From the NCBI RefSeq assembly GCF_035594765.1, contig NW_026943824.1, forward strand, positions 9,123,451 to 9,187,450: DNA of 64,000 nt, written 5' to 3'. The DNA is from Anolis carolinensis. Its lineage: Eukaryota. Position 1 is the first letter of the stretch. Every line of letters begins with the position of its first letter. Shown here in pieces: positions 51,433 through 64,000 of the stretch. A model generated the notes under the pieces. That model saw only the letters and a list, made by a program, of their open reading frames with translations, ran no database searches and was not told the origin of the DNA. The translations under genes were made by a program, and so were the position numbers.

Positions 51433-53203
51433 GGCAGAAAAATAAAACCTTGCAACATTAGTAAATCCAGCCCTTTGGGTTTGTAATCTGCAAGAAAACC
51501 ACAGCAGACAAGTCAATGGTTAGACTTGCAGGAATATCACTGCTGTTACAGGTACTGCAACTAATACAACTAGTAGGGGCTGCGGTGGCGCAAGGGGTTT
51601 AAACCCTTGTGCCAGCTGAACTGCTGACCTGAAGGTTGGTAGTTTGAATCTGTGAGACGGAGTGAGCTCCTGTCCGTCAGCCCCAGCTTCCTATGCAGAA
51701 ACTTGAGGGAAGCAGGATGGTAACATATATGGACATTCCCTGGGCAACATCTTTGTAGACGGCTGATGTTCTCACACCAGAAGAGACTGGTAGTATGTTC
51801 TCAATTCACTTCTGACACAATAAAAAAACTAATTCCAGTTAGGAAACAATCAGGGCCAGCTAGCAGCTCCCAACAAAGGATTTCCCCAGGCAAGAAGCAG
51901 CCAGGCTTTGAAGCTGCCAGGCTATTCAATGCTAATCAAGGCGGCCAATTACAACATTCACACTTGCCTCCAACAGACAAGAGTTCTTTCTCCCACCCTG
52001 GACATTATTCCACAGATATATAAACCCCACTGGACTAGTTTCCAACAAACCTCACAACCTCTGAGAATGCCTGCCATAGATGTAGGTGAAACGTCAGGAG
52101 AGAATGCTTCGGAAATATGGCTGTACCACCCGGAAAACTCACAGCAACTCCATGGTTTATATGTTTTAGGTTAGTAAGGCAGGTAAAGGTTTTTTAAAAC
52201 AATTCTGGAGACCTCATCAGATGGCTTCAGAGAAAATGGTATATTTTTTCTGATTGCACTCTCAGTTGTTATAATGGAATGAGACACCAATGTTCACCTG
52301 CTCATGGTACTGACCTGCAAGATGCGTTAGTTAGGAAGCTTGGCCACTGCTTTCCAGGAACAGCTTCTTCATTGGCTCCGTGGCTTCAGAAATACATGGC
52401 GACGATCCTTTGGAGAAAATTAGACCTTCTGAGAATATCTTCTGATTCTGGTATGTCCTTCAATAGAAAAAAAAATGTGTGTGGTGCAGTTCAAAGTATA
52501 CCCTGGGGCAAGCTACTGAATGCCAGCAAAATCTAATAATTGACATGTTCAGTAGAATGTGAGGGTACCTTGACCTTCAGCATTTGCTGTTTGTTCCTTT
52601 TTGCCCACATTTAGGGAGAAGAATGTATACAGTAAACAGATTGGTTTTCTTTTTAGTAATTTCAGACAATATCCCCATTCCTTCAACTCTAAATACAAAG
52701 AACTTGATGCGTCTGTGAAAAATACATTTTAGGTGGACAGCAAACCACAAAAATACTGTAGATTGAATATCATAGAATCATAGAATTATGTATCTGAATT
52801 TTTTTGGGCCAGAAGTGTTTTGGATTTTTGGCCATTTTTGGCCCAGTCTAAACACCTTCTACACATAGCCTGAAGTTAATTTTGTGCATAATATTTAATA
52901 AGGTTGTATAAGAAACAAGGTTTTAGTGGTGTGCATTTATATGGAATCGCTGTTGTTTTGTTTAGTTTCATTCATTTTGTCTCAGTTTCGTTTTTGTCCC
53001 TGTTTCCGAAAAGGGGGTGCCTATACGAAAATAATGTTCATCTCGCGTCCAAAAAAACCAAATTTTTTTGTGCCATTGGAGGCAATGGAAGGGCTTCCGA
53101 GGCTCATCCCCCCTGCTCAGTTTTTGGGCTGGAGGGGTGAAAATTTCAACACACGGAGGGCATTTCGATCCCTTTTAGCTCACCAACTTTTAAAACATTT
53201 GCT

Positions 53204-54290
53204 CCCAGAGTAACTATTGTTATTAATATTAATATTATTATTAACACCCATTGGTACACACCAGCTGTCATGGGGTAACAGACCTCTCTCAGACTCAGTT
53301 TAGGTTCCCAGAGTAACTCTTGTTATTAATATTAATATTATTATTAATACCCATTGGCACACATCAGCTGTCATGGAGAGCAGACCTCTCTCAGACTCAG
53401 CTTAAGGTTCCCAGAGTAAATATTCTTATTAATATTAATATTATTATTAATACCATTGGTACACATCAGCTGTCATGGGGAAGCAGACCTCTCTCAGACT
53501 CAACTTAGGGTCCCAGAGTAACTATTGTTATTAATATTAATATTATTATTATTAACACCCATTGGTACACATCAGCTGTCATAGGGAAGCAGACCTCTCT
53601 CAGACTCAGCTTTAAAGAGTCCCAGAGTAACTATTGTTATTAATATTAATATTATTATTATTAACACCCATTGGTACACATCAGCTGTCATAGGGAAGCA
53701 GACCTCTCTCAGACTCAGCTTTAAAGAGTCCCAGAGTAACTATTGTTATTAATATTATTATTATTAACACCCATTGGTACACATCAGCTGTCATAGGGAA
53801 GCAGACCTCTCTCAGACTCAGCTTTAAAGAGTCCCAGAGTAACTATTGTTATTAATATTATTATTATTAACACCCATTGGTACACATCAGCTGTCATAGG
53901 GAAGCAGACCTCTCTCAGACTCAGCTTTAAAGAGTCCCAGAGTAACTATTGTTATTAATATTAATATTATTATTATTAACACCCATTGGTACACATCAGC
54001 TGTCATAGGGAAGCAGACCTCTCTCAGACTCAGCTTTAAAGAGTCCCAGAGTAACTATTGTTATTAATATTAATATTATTATTATTAACACCCATTGGTA
54101 CACATCAGCTGTCATAGGGAAGCAGACCTCTCTCAGACTCAGCTTTAAAGAGTCCCAGAGTAACTATTGTTATTAATATTAATATTATTATTATTAACAC
54201 CCATTGGTACACATCAGCTGTCATAGGGAAGCAGACCTCTCTCAGACTCAGCTTTAAAGAGTCCCAGAATAACTATTGTTATTAATATTA
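53204..54290. repeat. Minisatellite, 10 full units of 102-109 bp plus a partial unit
   Basis: Units start at 53204, 53307, 53410, 53512, 53621, 53730, 53833, 53936, 54045, 54154 and 54263. No unique spacers. Confidence 0.95.
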
Positions 54291-57200
54291 CATGGCCCGA
54301 AACAAAAGGAAAACTAAAGTAAGCATGGTGACTGTGCAGCTTTCTCTTTTGTGTCGCCTTTTGTTTTGTTCGAAAATGGCATCGTTCGTTTTGTGCATCC
54401 AGATGGATGATATTAAACGAACAGATGAATGAAACAGATGAAACAAATACTGTGCACATCTCTAGTTTGCATGCATTGAACCATCAAAAAGTAAAAATGT
54501 CTTTTGATAATCATCCAAGAAAGACAAAGTTCATGTGATGTCTATTGAGTCCAAACTAGTTTCTTCCAGTTCCTTCCCCAGTTCCAACCATAGCTGAACT
54601 TTGGTTACATTTTGAAGAATTTCACAACTGGAAGACTTAATCTGTTTTGGTGAGTGGAAGGTAGATATCAGGCAAGCCGCATCGAAAAATGAGTAGGATC
54701 GGGTTGTCTGCACAAAAGGTCTGGGTTTCTTAAATATGCTGGATTGTTACAGAGAGCAATGCGAGCTCAGTCAATAGATGTTAACAGAAGATAAGAAGAA
54801 GATCTTCACAACCTCTGAGGATGCCTGCCACAGATGTGGACAAAACGTCAGGAGAGAAAGCTTCTGAAATATGGCCATACAGCTTGAAAGACTCACATCA
54901 ATCCAATCTAAGAAGAATCTGTTTTTCTCTTTGTAGAGACTGGAATATCAGGTTACTCTTTCTCCTTATGTAGACAAGGACAAAAGTCTGGACTAGGATA
55001 TGGCAAGTCTGTGATTTGAGCCATCTGATGCTGAAGGAGGTTTAATGAGGGATGGCAAGTGCCTTGTGTTTGTTATCTGTGGCAATGCCCCACCAACACA
55101 TCTTCTAGGCAGCTCATCTAGCGTCACTTTGGAGAAGCTGATGGATGACCTCCCACAAGTTAAAGCTGCGTGAATACTCGACCACCCAATAGTGGAATAG
55201 TAGTCATTTGTGGGGAAGGGAGTGAGAATGAGGCTAGGCCCATTGATAGCAGAAGATGGGTCAGAGAAATGAGGCCTGCCATTTGTGATGATAGGATGGC
55301 TTTCAAAGCTATTGTATTCTTGTGATGCTTCTGTGGCTGGAGACATCAATTGAATATTCAACATACGAGTGACAAGTGAAGGACTGGTTTTAATTCAGAT
55401 TTTGATAACATCTACATGGCAGTCAGGTAGAACATGATTCTGGCCAAAGTTACATCTATTTCATATAGCTATAATTTTGTTTCAATTCAATTATGAAGGG
55501 ATTGCTAAAATTCATGCATTTCCTATTTCACCCTAGGAATAAAACATAATTTTCAAATAGGGAGAAAGTGAAATTGATGTATTTTCACCATCTTTACTGG
55601 ATTGTGGTGAGAATGAAAAAAATCTTGAGAATATTCAGGAAAAAAATGGTAAAAAGCATCATTATTAAGTGTTGAGCAACCATGATGAGAAGAATCCTGA
55701 ACCGATGAGAATCGTTGCAATTGTGAACTTACTTTTCATAAAATTCAAAAATTTTGTGCACAGAATAGCCTCTGTTGTAAAAGAAACTGCACTTAGAGCA
55801 CAGAAAATATCATTTCAATGCAGAAACATTATTTTTGTGCAGAAAATGATGTAACTGGAAACTCATTCAGCACAACATGTGAATGTGTGTGATTTGCCTA
55901 GAAAACTGAATTGAATATTGGTCAAGTGTGGATCCAGTGTGGTCAAGTGTGGAATACTAATCAGAAGAAAAACTGGTAATCACTTATGATGCATCATCAT
56001 CATCATCATCATCATCACCATCTATGGTTGCTTTGCAAGTGTAAAATCTTGGTGGTGGGTCTGTAAGTGACTGTAGAGACCTGTTCTGGATCCACATGGT
56101 CTTTTGCGGTGAGGACTAATGCACCACGACGGGAAAGGTAGAAGATAAAAATCTTCATAAGATCTTATGGTTCTCATTAGAGGCATGAATATCCAGAAGT
56201 TTGCAGAGGACTGTGCAACAGTTCTAGAGTACCCTCTAATGGTCTTATTGATAATAGCAGAAAAAACACCTATAGTGGAGTAGCTACTAACACTGCTTCA
56301 TTAACATCAGGATATCCAAATCTGGATATCAAATTATTTGAAGGAGTAATTCCCTATTGAAGAACATGGTTTGGTAGGTAAAAGGTTCAACTGACTTCCG
56401 TTCTGCGGGCTGTGGTTAAATAAAAAGCATTCTCCTAAGCATCAATCCAAAAAGAGTGAATGGAGAGATTTCTAAACTGGCCACCTGGACACATGTAGCG
56501 TGTGATCATTGTTGTCACTGTGTTGTCGAAGGCTTTCATGGCCGGAATCACTGGGATTGTTGTGAGTCTTCATCCTCAACCTCAGAGGATGCCTGCCATA
56601 GATGTGGGTGAAACGTCAGAAAAAAAATGCTTCGAGAACATGGCCATACAGCCCGGAAGACTCACAACAACCCATTGTTGTCATGTTTAAGGAACGACCC
56701 AATAACCTTAAAAGTGAGTTGCTGTGAGTTTTCCGCACTATATGGTCATGTTCCAAACACCTCCAGCTAACACCTCCCCTACGCAGGAAGCAGCCAGGCT
56801 TTGAAGCTGCAAGGCTATTCAGTTTTAATCAAGATGGCCAATTGCAACATTCACACTTGCCTCCAACAGACAAGAGTTCTTTCTCCCACCCTGGACATTA
56901 TTCCACAGATATATAAACCCCACTAGCCTAGTTTCCAACAGATCTCACAACCTTGAGGATGCCTGCCATAGATGTGGGTGAACTTCAGGAGAGAATGCTT
57001 CTGGAACATGGCCAGGCAGCCTCAAAAACTCACAGCAACTTACTCATGGCTTTTACATTTAAATAAGCACGACAAACCTACATCCTAACTAGCTCATGAT
57101 AAAGAGTTTCATTCTTAACTCACCAGCAAAGTATAGATGAAGTATTGGAGAAGGAGTCCGAAAGAGAGAGAAAGAGACTGAAAACAGGGGAGGATTTCTA

Positions 57201-58174
57201 GGACTGATTTCAAGAACTGCCCGAGATCACATGGTCTAATTACACAAAAAATTGTATATCTTAGATAGGAGATCAAAGGGGAGGTCAGAGAGAAGAAAAG
57301 AGATATCACACGTAGCACATTCTATTTTATCTAAACGCTGATTGCTCTGGTCCAGGCCTGGGCAAACTTAGGCCCTCCGAGTGTTTTGGACTTCAACTCC
57401 CGCAAATCCTAACAGCCTCAGGCCCCTTCCTTTTCCTCCTCAGCCGCTTAAGCTGGAATAACTAGGTCAGCTCGGGGATGAGCCAGTCACTTTCCCTCAA
57501 TAATCCTCGTGTAATCTTCCTTCCCGTGGGCACTGAACAGAATACAACTATCCTTTCTCAGAAGATGAGAGATGGAGTCCGACAACTTTGGAAGGGTCCT
57601 TGAGCAACGTGATCAAAGCTGGAAACATTACAACACTTTACCTGAAATTCACATTGAACTTGAGGAGGCATGTACTGAAATAATACACTTTATTTTGGGG
57701 TAAAGGACAAGGAAGGAGACAAGAAGGTGGCTACAGTTAGGAGCGGAGCTTATTTGCAATATTTTAGAGCACCGGATGTTGTTTGAGCCATAATTTTAAA
57801 AAGATGCCAAAAGTATAATTTTAGCCAGAAAGCTTATGTGGGACTTCACATCTTCCTAGCATATGTGGGACTTCGTAAGTGCGCTTATGTAAGAGCAGCA
57901 GTTGGGAAGTTCTATAAGATCCACATTCAGCATGGGACTACCACGCAGTTATTGCACAGGGGAGCTGGAAAAGTAACTGATGAGCATTGCAGGGATGTGC
58001 ATCAAAGCCCTAGCTAAGGAGAGTTGATGTACAGTATATTGGTAAAGCTTGATGCTCATTAAAGGCACTTGCTGGTATTTCCCCGTAAGCATTTTCACAG
58101 TTTTTGAAGAATGTCATGTCATAGTTAAGTATGTAGCTAAGTATGTAACTGGAGGTCAGCTGTGACCAGCAGTG

Positions 58175-58300
58175 CTGTGGAATGGAAGGTGAATGGGAAG
58201 AACATGCCAAGAGGAAGGCGTGTCAAGCCAACCCTGACCGGGACCACCTTCCACCTGGAAACCGATGTCCTCACTGGGGAAGAACATGCGGGTCAAGATT
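58175..58300 (+). mobile_element. Probable RTE-clade LINE 3' fragment
   Basis: Degenerate C-terminal zinc finger KRKACQ...CPHWGRTCGSR. Confidence 0.45.
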
Positions 58301-58569
58301 AACACTTTGCAAAGAATGCCCACCCATTGTCCATAATCTTAGGGCGAAAATCATGAATCTTGTGAGAATTTTAGATCTACTTTAGGAGCATCTGTGGGTC
58401 AAAAAAGGTAAAGTTTTTTCTTGACTGTGTCAATGCCTCTGCTTAGCATTTTAGAACAAACTTCTTTACAAAAATATATCAGAAATCGGGACAATAGTGG
58501 GAAATGATCCACCTCAATAGACAAGGACAGGGATGAGGAGAACCATCATTTGCAAACGCTTATCTGAAG

Positions 58570-61500
58570 CTAGATTTTCCCCCATTCTCGGTTCCTTAAT
58601 ACATTCCTTTGGACTTTCCCAGTTGCTGTCTTCGGTAGATCTTGGACAAACTCAATCTGTGTTGTGAAAAAAAAAGAGTCAATTAATTCTTAATTTACTT
58701 GTTAGCTACGTTTCTTTCTTGGTTTTCCATGAATAAGTTCAGGACGGCAGCTTTCTTCCTCACTATTCCATCCCAAGGTCACCTGATACATTTAATGGTC
58801 TACTTCAGTATGGACCTCCCAAATCCCATTCCATGTTGTTGTCTTAAGAATAGATGGCAAAGATTTGAGCCAAAATTTTGGAGAAATCTGGATCTATCTG
58901 GCTTTTCTTCAAATTACAGGAAAGGAGATTCCAGCTGAACATTAGGAAGAACTTTCTGACCATAACAAGAGCTATTCAACAGTGGAACTCTCTGTCTCAG
59001 AGTCTGATGGAGGCTCCTTCTCTGGAGGATTTTAAACAGAGGCTGGGTGGCCATCTGTCAGGAGTGCTTTGATTGTGCTTTTTTTTTTGTAGGGCAGAAT
59101 GGAATTGGACTAGCTAGCCCATGTGGTTTCTTCCAAGTCTTATTATCCTATGATTCTATGAAGGTGGTGGAATCTCCAGCTTTGGGGGTCTTTGAACAGA
59201 GGATGGATGGGCATCTTTCTGTAGTCTTTTAATTGAATATTACAAGAATTGGACAAAACAGCCCTTTGGCTCCCTTCCAGATCTACAATTCTATTAAAGC
59301 AGGAAAATACTTGCCTTTCTGGGGTATTTGTAGGGAGCTGTGATCTTTTTCACATGATCTTGAAGTTCCTTGGTAAGCTTTTCTCGATCATGTGATGCAT
59401 AATTCGGAGACAAGACAACAAAAGCTTTCACCACCTGTAGAAGACCAATTTGAAGTATTAACAATTCAGAGAAATAATTCTGCATTACTGGGTTTGGGGT
59501 GGATTGGAGGGCTGCTTGCGTTCTTAAGATAATATTTTGTTCTACACAAAATCTGTTAATTTTATTTGTAGCCCAACTTTTCCCCATTTCCTCCTTTCTC
59601 TCAGAAATGAACAGTCTTGGGTTGACAAGATGACAGGGCTGGTGAAGATACTCAGGTCCCATTGTTTCCTGAGAACATCATCAAGAATCAATGAAAGAGT
59701 GGGGAAGTGAGTTGTTTCTCATTACCTCTGTCCTGACAGGGTCTGGGCTGCTGACAACAGCAGATTCGACAACCGCTGGGTGTTCGATCAAGGCACTTTC
59801 CACTTCAAAGGGGCCAATACGGTATCTAAGGGAGGACACAGTCGTTATTCTTTGATCTATTGGGGACTAAACGCAGACCAAGTAAGAAAGATTACTAACT
59901 AAACCTATCTCAAGGGAACTTACCCAGAGGAATTGATGACATCGTCCGACCTTCCGACAAACCAAATGTAGCCTTCTTCATCCATCAGCCCTCTGTCGCC
60001 GGTGGAATAAAAATCCCCACGCTCACTGGCTGCGGTTTTCTCAGGGTTGTCCTGGAACCAACCAGACATGATTTCCATAACATCTAATCGACACCTCAAG
60101 ACAAAAGAGTAAGGCGAGGTGGCCTTTTCATACTCCACTAGTTCCCTATTTTTTGGGGACAAATGATGGCTGGGAGCAGTCTGTTGCACTCCAGGCCTGG
60201 AAACACGTATGACCACTGCACCACACAAGAACCCAGGAATATAAGAAAACAGTTTATTGTAAAAACAAGAATAAGAAAGGAAGATATATAATCCAAAAAG
60301 GTTTAGCAAAAAGGTGAGAACCAAACAATAAGCCAAATGTCTTACAAAGTTCCAAAGGTGACAAAGTCCAGGAACAGCCAGGAATCACAGATACAGCATA
60401 AATCCACAATCAGGAAGATATAACTAGTAAGACTTGAGTAGGCGTACATGGACAGGAGCATAGAAAACTTCCAGGATATATTAAATCCAAAATCAAAGCT
60501 TGACTTGAGCCATGAACAAGAGAACTCAGGCTTAGCTTCTCACTCTAATGCAGCGTTGCCTGAACTGACCTTAAGGTAAACAACTACAGTAGAGTCTCAC
60601 TTATCCAACACTCACTTATCCAACGTTCTGGATTATCCAACGCATTTTTGTAGTCAATGTTTTTAATACATCGTGATATTTTGGTGCTACATTCATAAAT
60701 ACAGTAATTACTACATAGCATTGAACTACGTTTTCTGTCAAATTTGTTGTATAACATGATGTTTTGGTGCTTAATTTGTAAAATCATAACCTAATTTGAT
60801 GTTTAATAGGCTTTTCCTTAATTCCTACTTATTATCTAACATATTCGCTTATCCAACGTTCTGCTGGCCCGCTTATGTTGGATAAGTGAGACTCTACTGT
60901 AGTTGTTTAATAGACATCCAGGAAATCATTCTGTTTCCCATGAATTTTTCCACAACTTTCTCATGTATAGAGGTAAATAAAATAAATATAAAAACCAAAC
61001 ATTAACAGCACTTGCAAGACTTGAGAAACAGGCTCATTTTCCTTTTTATGAAGTACAGCTGAAGCATCCTTTGCAAAGTTGACTGTAAACATTGCACAAC
61101 AGATTTGTGCAAATGTACAAAAAAATTTAGAAAAAAATTCAGGACTCCAACATTGAGCTAAAGCAGGCAGCCGCTTAATTTAAATGAGCAAAATTTACAA
61201 ATAGTTCCACATCTGAGCAAACTCCAGCAAAGTCCAGCAACATCACGGGATCTCCTCCAAAGTGAAGGGGCTGCTATAATCCAAGCATTCAATGGGCTGA
61301 TCCGAGAAAATGAATACTTACGACATACTGTTTGAAAAGACAAAATGGCCTCTTTGGTTTGATTCGGATAGCAATATCTCCTTCTGTCCCTGGAGGCTGG
61401 ATTTTGCCTTCATCATCTATAATCTGTTGAAACAACATTTTAAAGAGGATTTGGTACCCAGGCTTTCTGCAATATGGCTTCCCTTGATCTCTGAGCAATG

Positions 61501-63447
61501 GATATTTCCCCAGTCACAATAACATTCTGGGAGGATAATAAGTGTTTCCATTGTATTCCCTGTCAATCTTGGGAGGGATACAGCTTTTGCAAATTTACAG
61601 TTGTCCTTGTACCTGAACATCATATGGTGGAATTGCCAACCCCATGGAACCTGGTTTAATTTTCTTTCCTTTTACATTTGCACATATTGCTACCTGAAAC
61701 AGAACAAAAGAGTATTTTAGTTAAATGATCTGGTGCATAAGGAAGGAAGGGATATTCAAAAATATTTGGAAAATGGTTGAAAAACATTTTGAGTGTTTAT
61801 TTAACTTATACCAAAGGAGTGCCAAAATGAAGATACATACTGTTTCAGTTTGTCCGTATCCTTCATAGATATCCAGGCCAGTTTGCTTCTTCCAGTTTTC
61901 ATACACTTCTGGGTTGAGTGCTTCCCCTCCTGTCACACAGTGGTTCAGACTCATGAATTTGTACCTACATAAAAAAGATTACAAACCTCAGTAACCGCAT
62001 GAGTGAAATTTGCAACAAAATGTTGTAGAATGGATGTCATTGTTGTGTGCCTTCAAGTTTTTCTGACTTTTGATGGCCCTAAGGCAACACTATCACAGGG
62101 TTTTCTTGGAAGGATTTGTAGCCTTGATCTTCTGAAACTGCAAGCGTATGTATGGAGTAGACTCAGGGATGGTACATACCCAGGTAGCACAGGATGGCAG
62201 TGTGAATGTGCACACAGTAGCCCTAGCTTCGGGAGGTGGGCAGAGGAAGCAATCCATCTCCAACCTGTGGCACAGATGGTTAGTAGCCAGCAGCAATAAT
62301 TCACTACTGACTGAATGGTCATTGGTTCAAAGCCCGGGTTGGGATTAAGCTCCCGACCATTAATAGCCTAGCTTACTGCCCACCTAAACAGCTCGAAAAC
62401 TGTGAGAAGAGAATTCTAGTTATCGCTTAATATGAGGAGGCTAATTTAACTTAATTAACGACACCATAAAATTCCCGGTGTGCGAAGAGCAATGAAGAAG
62501 TACTACCATCAAAAGGACTTGGTGTCACAGTGGATGATGAAGCTGGAAAATGTTAAATTGCCTCTATTGTCTGTCTGTATGTTGTATGTCTAATAATGGG
62601 ACTGAATGTTTGCCATGTATATGTGCATTGTAATCCACCCTGAGTCCCCTTCGGGGTGAGAAGGGTAGAATATAAATATTGTAAATACATGAATAAATAA
62701 ATTCCTGAAGTTGGGCTGTTATGTGAACGTTCACATGGACCTAGGCTTGGGGAGGGAAGATGCAACAGGAGAAATGGAGACATATTTTTGTGTTCACTGC
62801 CACTCAAGGATTCCCCCAGACGCCTGCTTGGCAAGTCTGGGAAGCACTTAATTGTGCAGTACAGTAGAGTCTCACTTATCCAAGCCTCGCTTAGCCAAGG
62901 TTCTGGATTATCCAAGCCATTTTTGTAGTCAACGTTTCCAATATATCATGATATTTTGGTGCTAAATTCGTAAATACAGTAATTACAACATAACATTACT
63001 GCGTATTGAACTACTTTTTCTGTCAAATTTGTTGTATAACATGATGTTTTGGTGCTTAATTTGTAAAATCATAAGCTAATTTGATGTTTAATAGGCTTTT
63101 CCTTAATCCCTCCTTATTATCCAAGATATTTGCTTATCCAAGCTTCTGCCGGCCCGTTTAGCTTAGATAAGTGAGACTCTACTGTATTTGCAATTTCTCC
63201 ACTTTTGTGGATTCACATGATAATAATAATAATAATAAAACTTTATTTATACCCCGCCACCATCTCCCCAACGGGGACTCGGGGCGGCTTACATGGGGCC
63301 ATGCCCAGAACAATACAATATAAACAGTATATAAAAAAACAACACATCACAACACAGTGAAAAATACCTTGTGATATCATGCTGTACCAGCATCCGGTAT
63401 CCAGTAGGAGGTGCGCAGAAGTTGGTGACTGGATAACTGGCAAGAGT
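58570..63447 (-). CDS. ACSM-family paralog D, ACSM5-like (3' 8 coding exons; 5' part beyond right edge)
   Basis: Exons 63447-63368, 61964-61841, 61693-61613, 61423-61322, 60051-59924, 59825-59726, 59434-59315, 58656-58570. [28 protein letters not shown] and DDVINSS resemble ACSM5. Position in the cluster is consistent with mammalian gene order. Confidence 0.88.
60587..60899. mobile_element. Tc1/mariner MITE family 1
   Basis: Same TIRs, TA TSD. Confidence 0.9.
62265..62700 (+). mobile_element. Second, more diverged copy of the L2-tailed SINE
   Basis: Colinear with 39971-40440. Confidence 0.75.
62862..63184. mobile_element. Tc1/mariner MITE family 1
   Basis: Same TIRs, TA TSD. Confidence 0.9.
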
Positions 63448-64000
63448 CTAGTAGAAGAAACAAAAGCACTATCACCGAAGAGCCATCTCCTGTATGGACT
63501 TGCCAGGTTTTCAGGTCTTCTGAGTAAGCGCTTTTCTATGTCCTGCCAACCTCACAAGCAAGAACAAGCAAGAGAGCTTTCTTGGCAGCTGCTCCCAGGT
63601 TCTAGAACTCCCTTCAAAGAGAAGCTAAACCGGAATCCATAACATTTAGTGACCCTTTACTTTTGAAGTATTGTGTGCTGTTCCGTGCCTCCAAGTCATT
63701 TCCAGTTTATGGTGACCTTAAGGCATAGCATTTTTTGGGTTTTCTTGGCAAGATTTCTTGAAGACCATTTCCCTGAGACACAGAGACCATGACGTGCTTA
63801 GAATACTCTCAAATGAACCTTCCAGGGTCTAAGAATATTTCCCAATTGTACCTGGAGACACCATGGGATGAACTGGGGATGATTCCCATGCTCTAAGCAA
63901 ATTCGTTTGCAATGGAACAAGCACCTTGGATTTCAACAGGTGTCCTTACATTTAATACAACTGTAGGTTCAAACACTGGCAATTGATGTATGAAGACACA

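Noticed and set aside
53204-54290. CRISPR-like array
   Set aside because: Units repeat in full with no unique spacers, there are no cas genes, and the context is eukaryotic. It is a minisatellite.
54993-55364. 123-aa intergenic ORF
   Set aside because: No recognisable domain or splice context; cannot be supported without a search.
60182-61242. Solo LTR with TGTTGC...GCAACA ends
   Set aside because: No matching TSD and the boundaries are unsupported.

Overview
Vertebrate genomic DNA, almost certainly a squamate. The Sauria SINE, L2, CR1, R4, Penelope and MITE landscape points to an Anolis-type lizard (inference). The window holds the ACSM/THUMPD1 cluster. ACSM3 (minus strand, 9 coding exons visible, runs off the left edge) lies head-to-head with a complete 4-exon THUMPD1 (plus strand). 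Three more minus-strand ACSM paralogs follow: B (13 exons, one +1 frameshift as sequenced), C (13 exons, intact, 581 aa) and the 3' part of D (ACSM5-like). Introns and spacers are packed with nested transposons. The most notable object is a young full-length Gypsy LTR element at 42888-48195 in an ACSM intron. It has no tRNA primer site but a perfect 13-bp self-primer (Tf1/sushi-type). Its single gag-pol frame also has a consensus splice donor at the gag/protease border and a strong acceptor just before the polypurine tract, predicting a spliced gag-only RNA. All coordinates were read by eye and no database searches were run.
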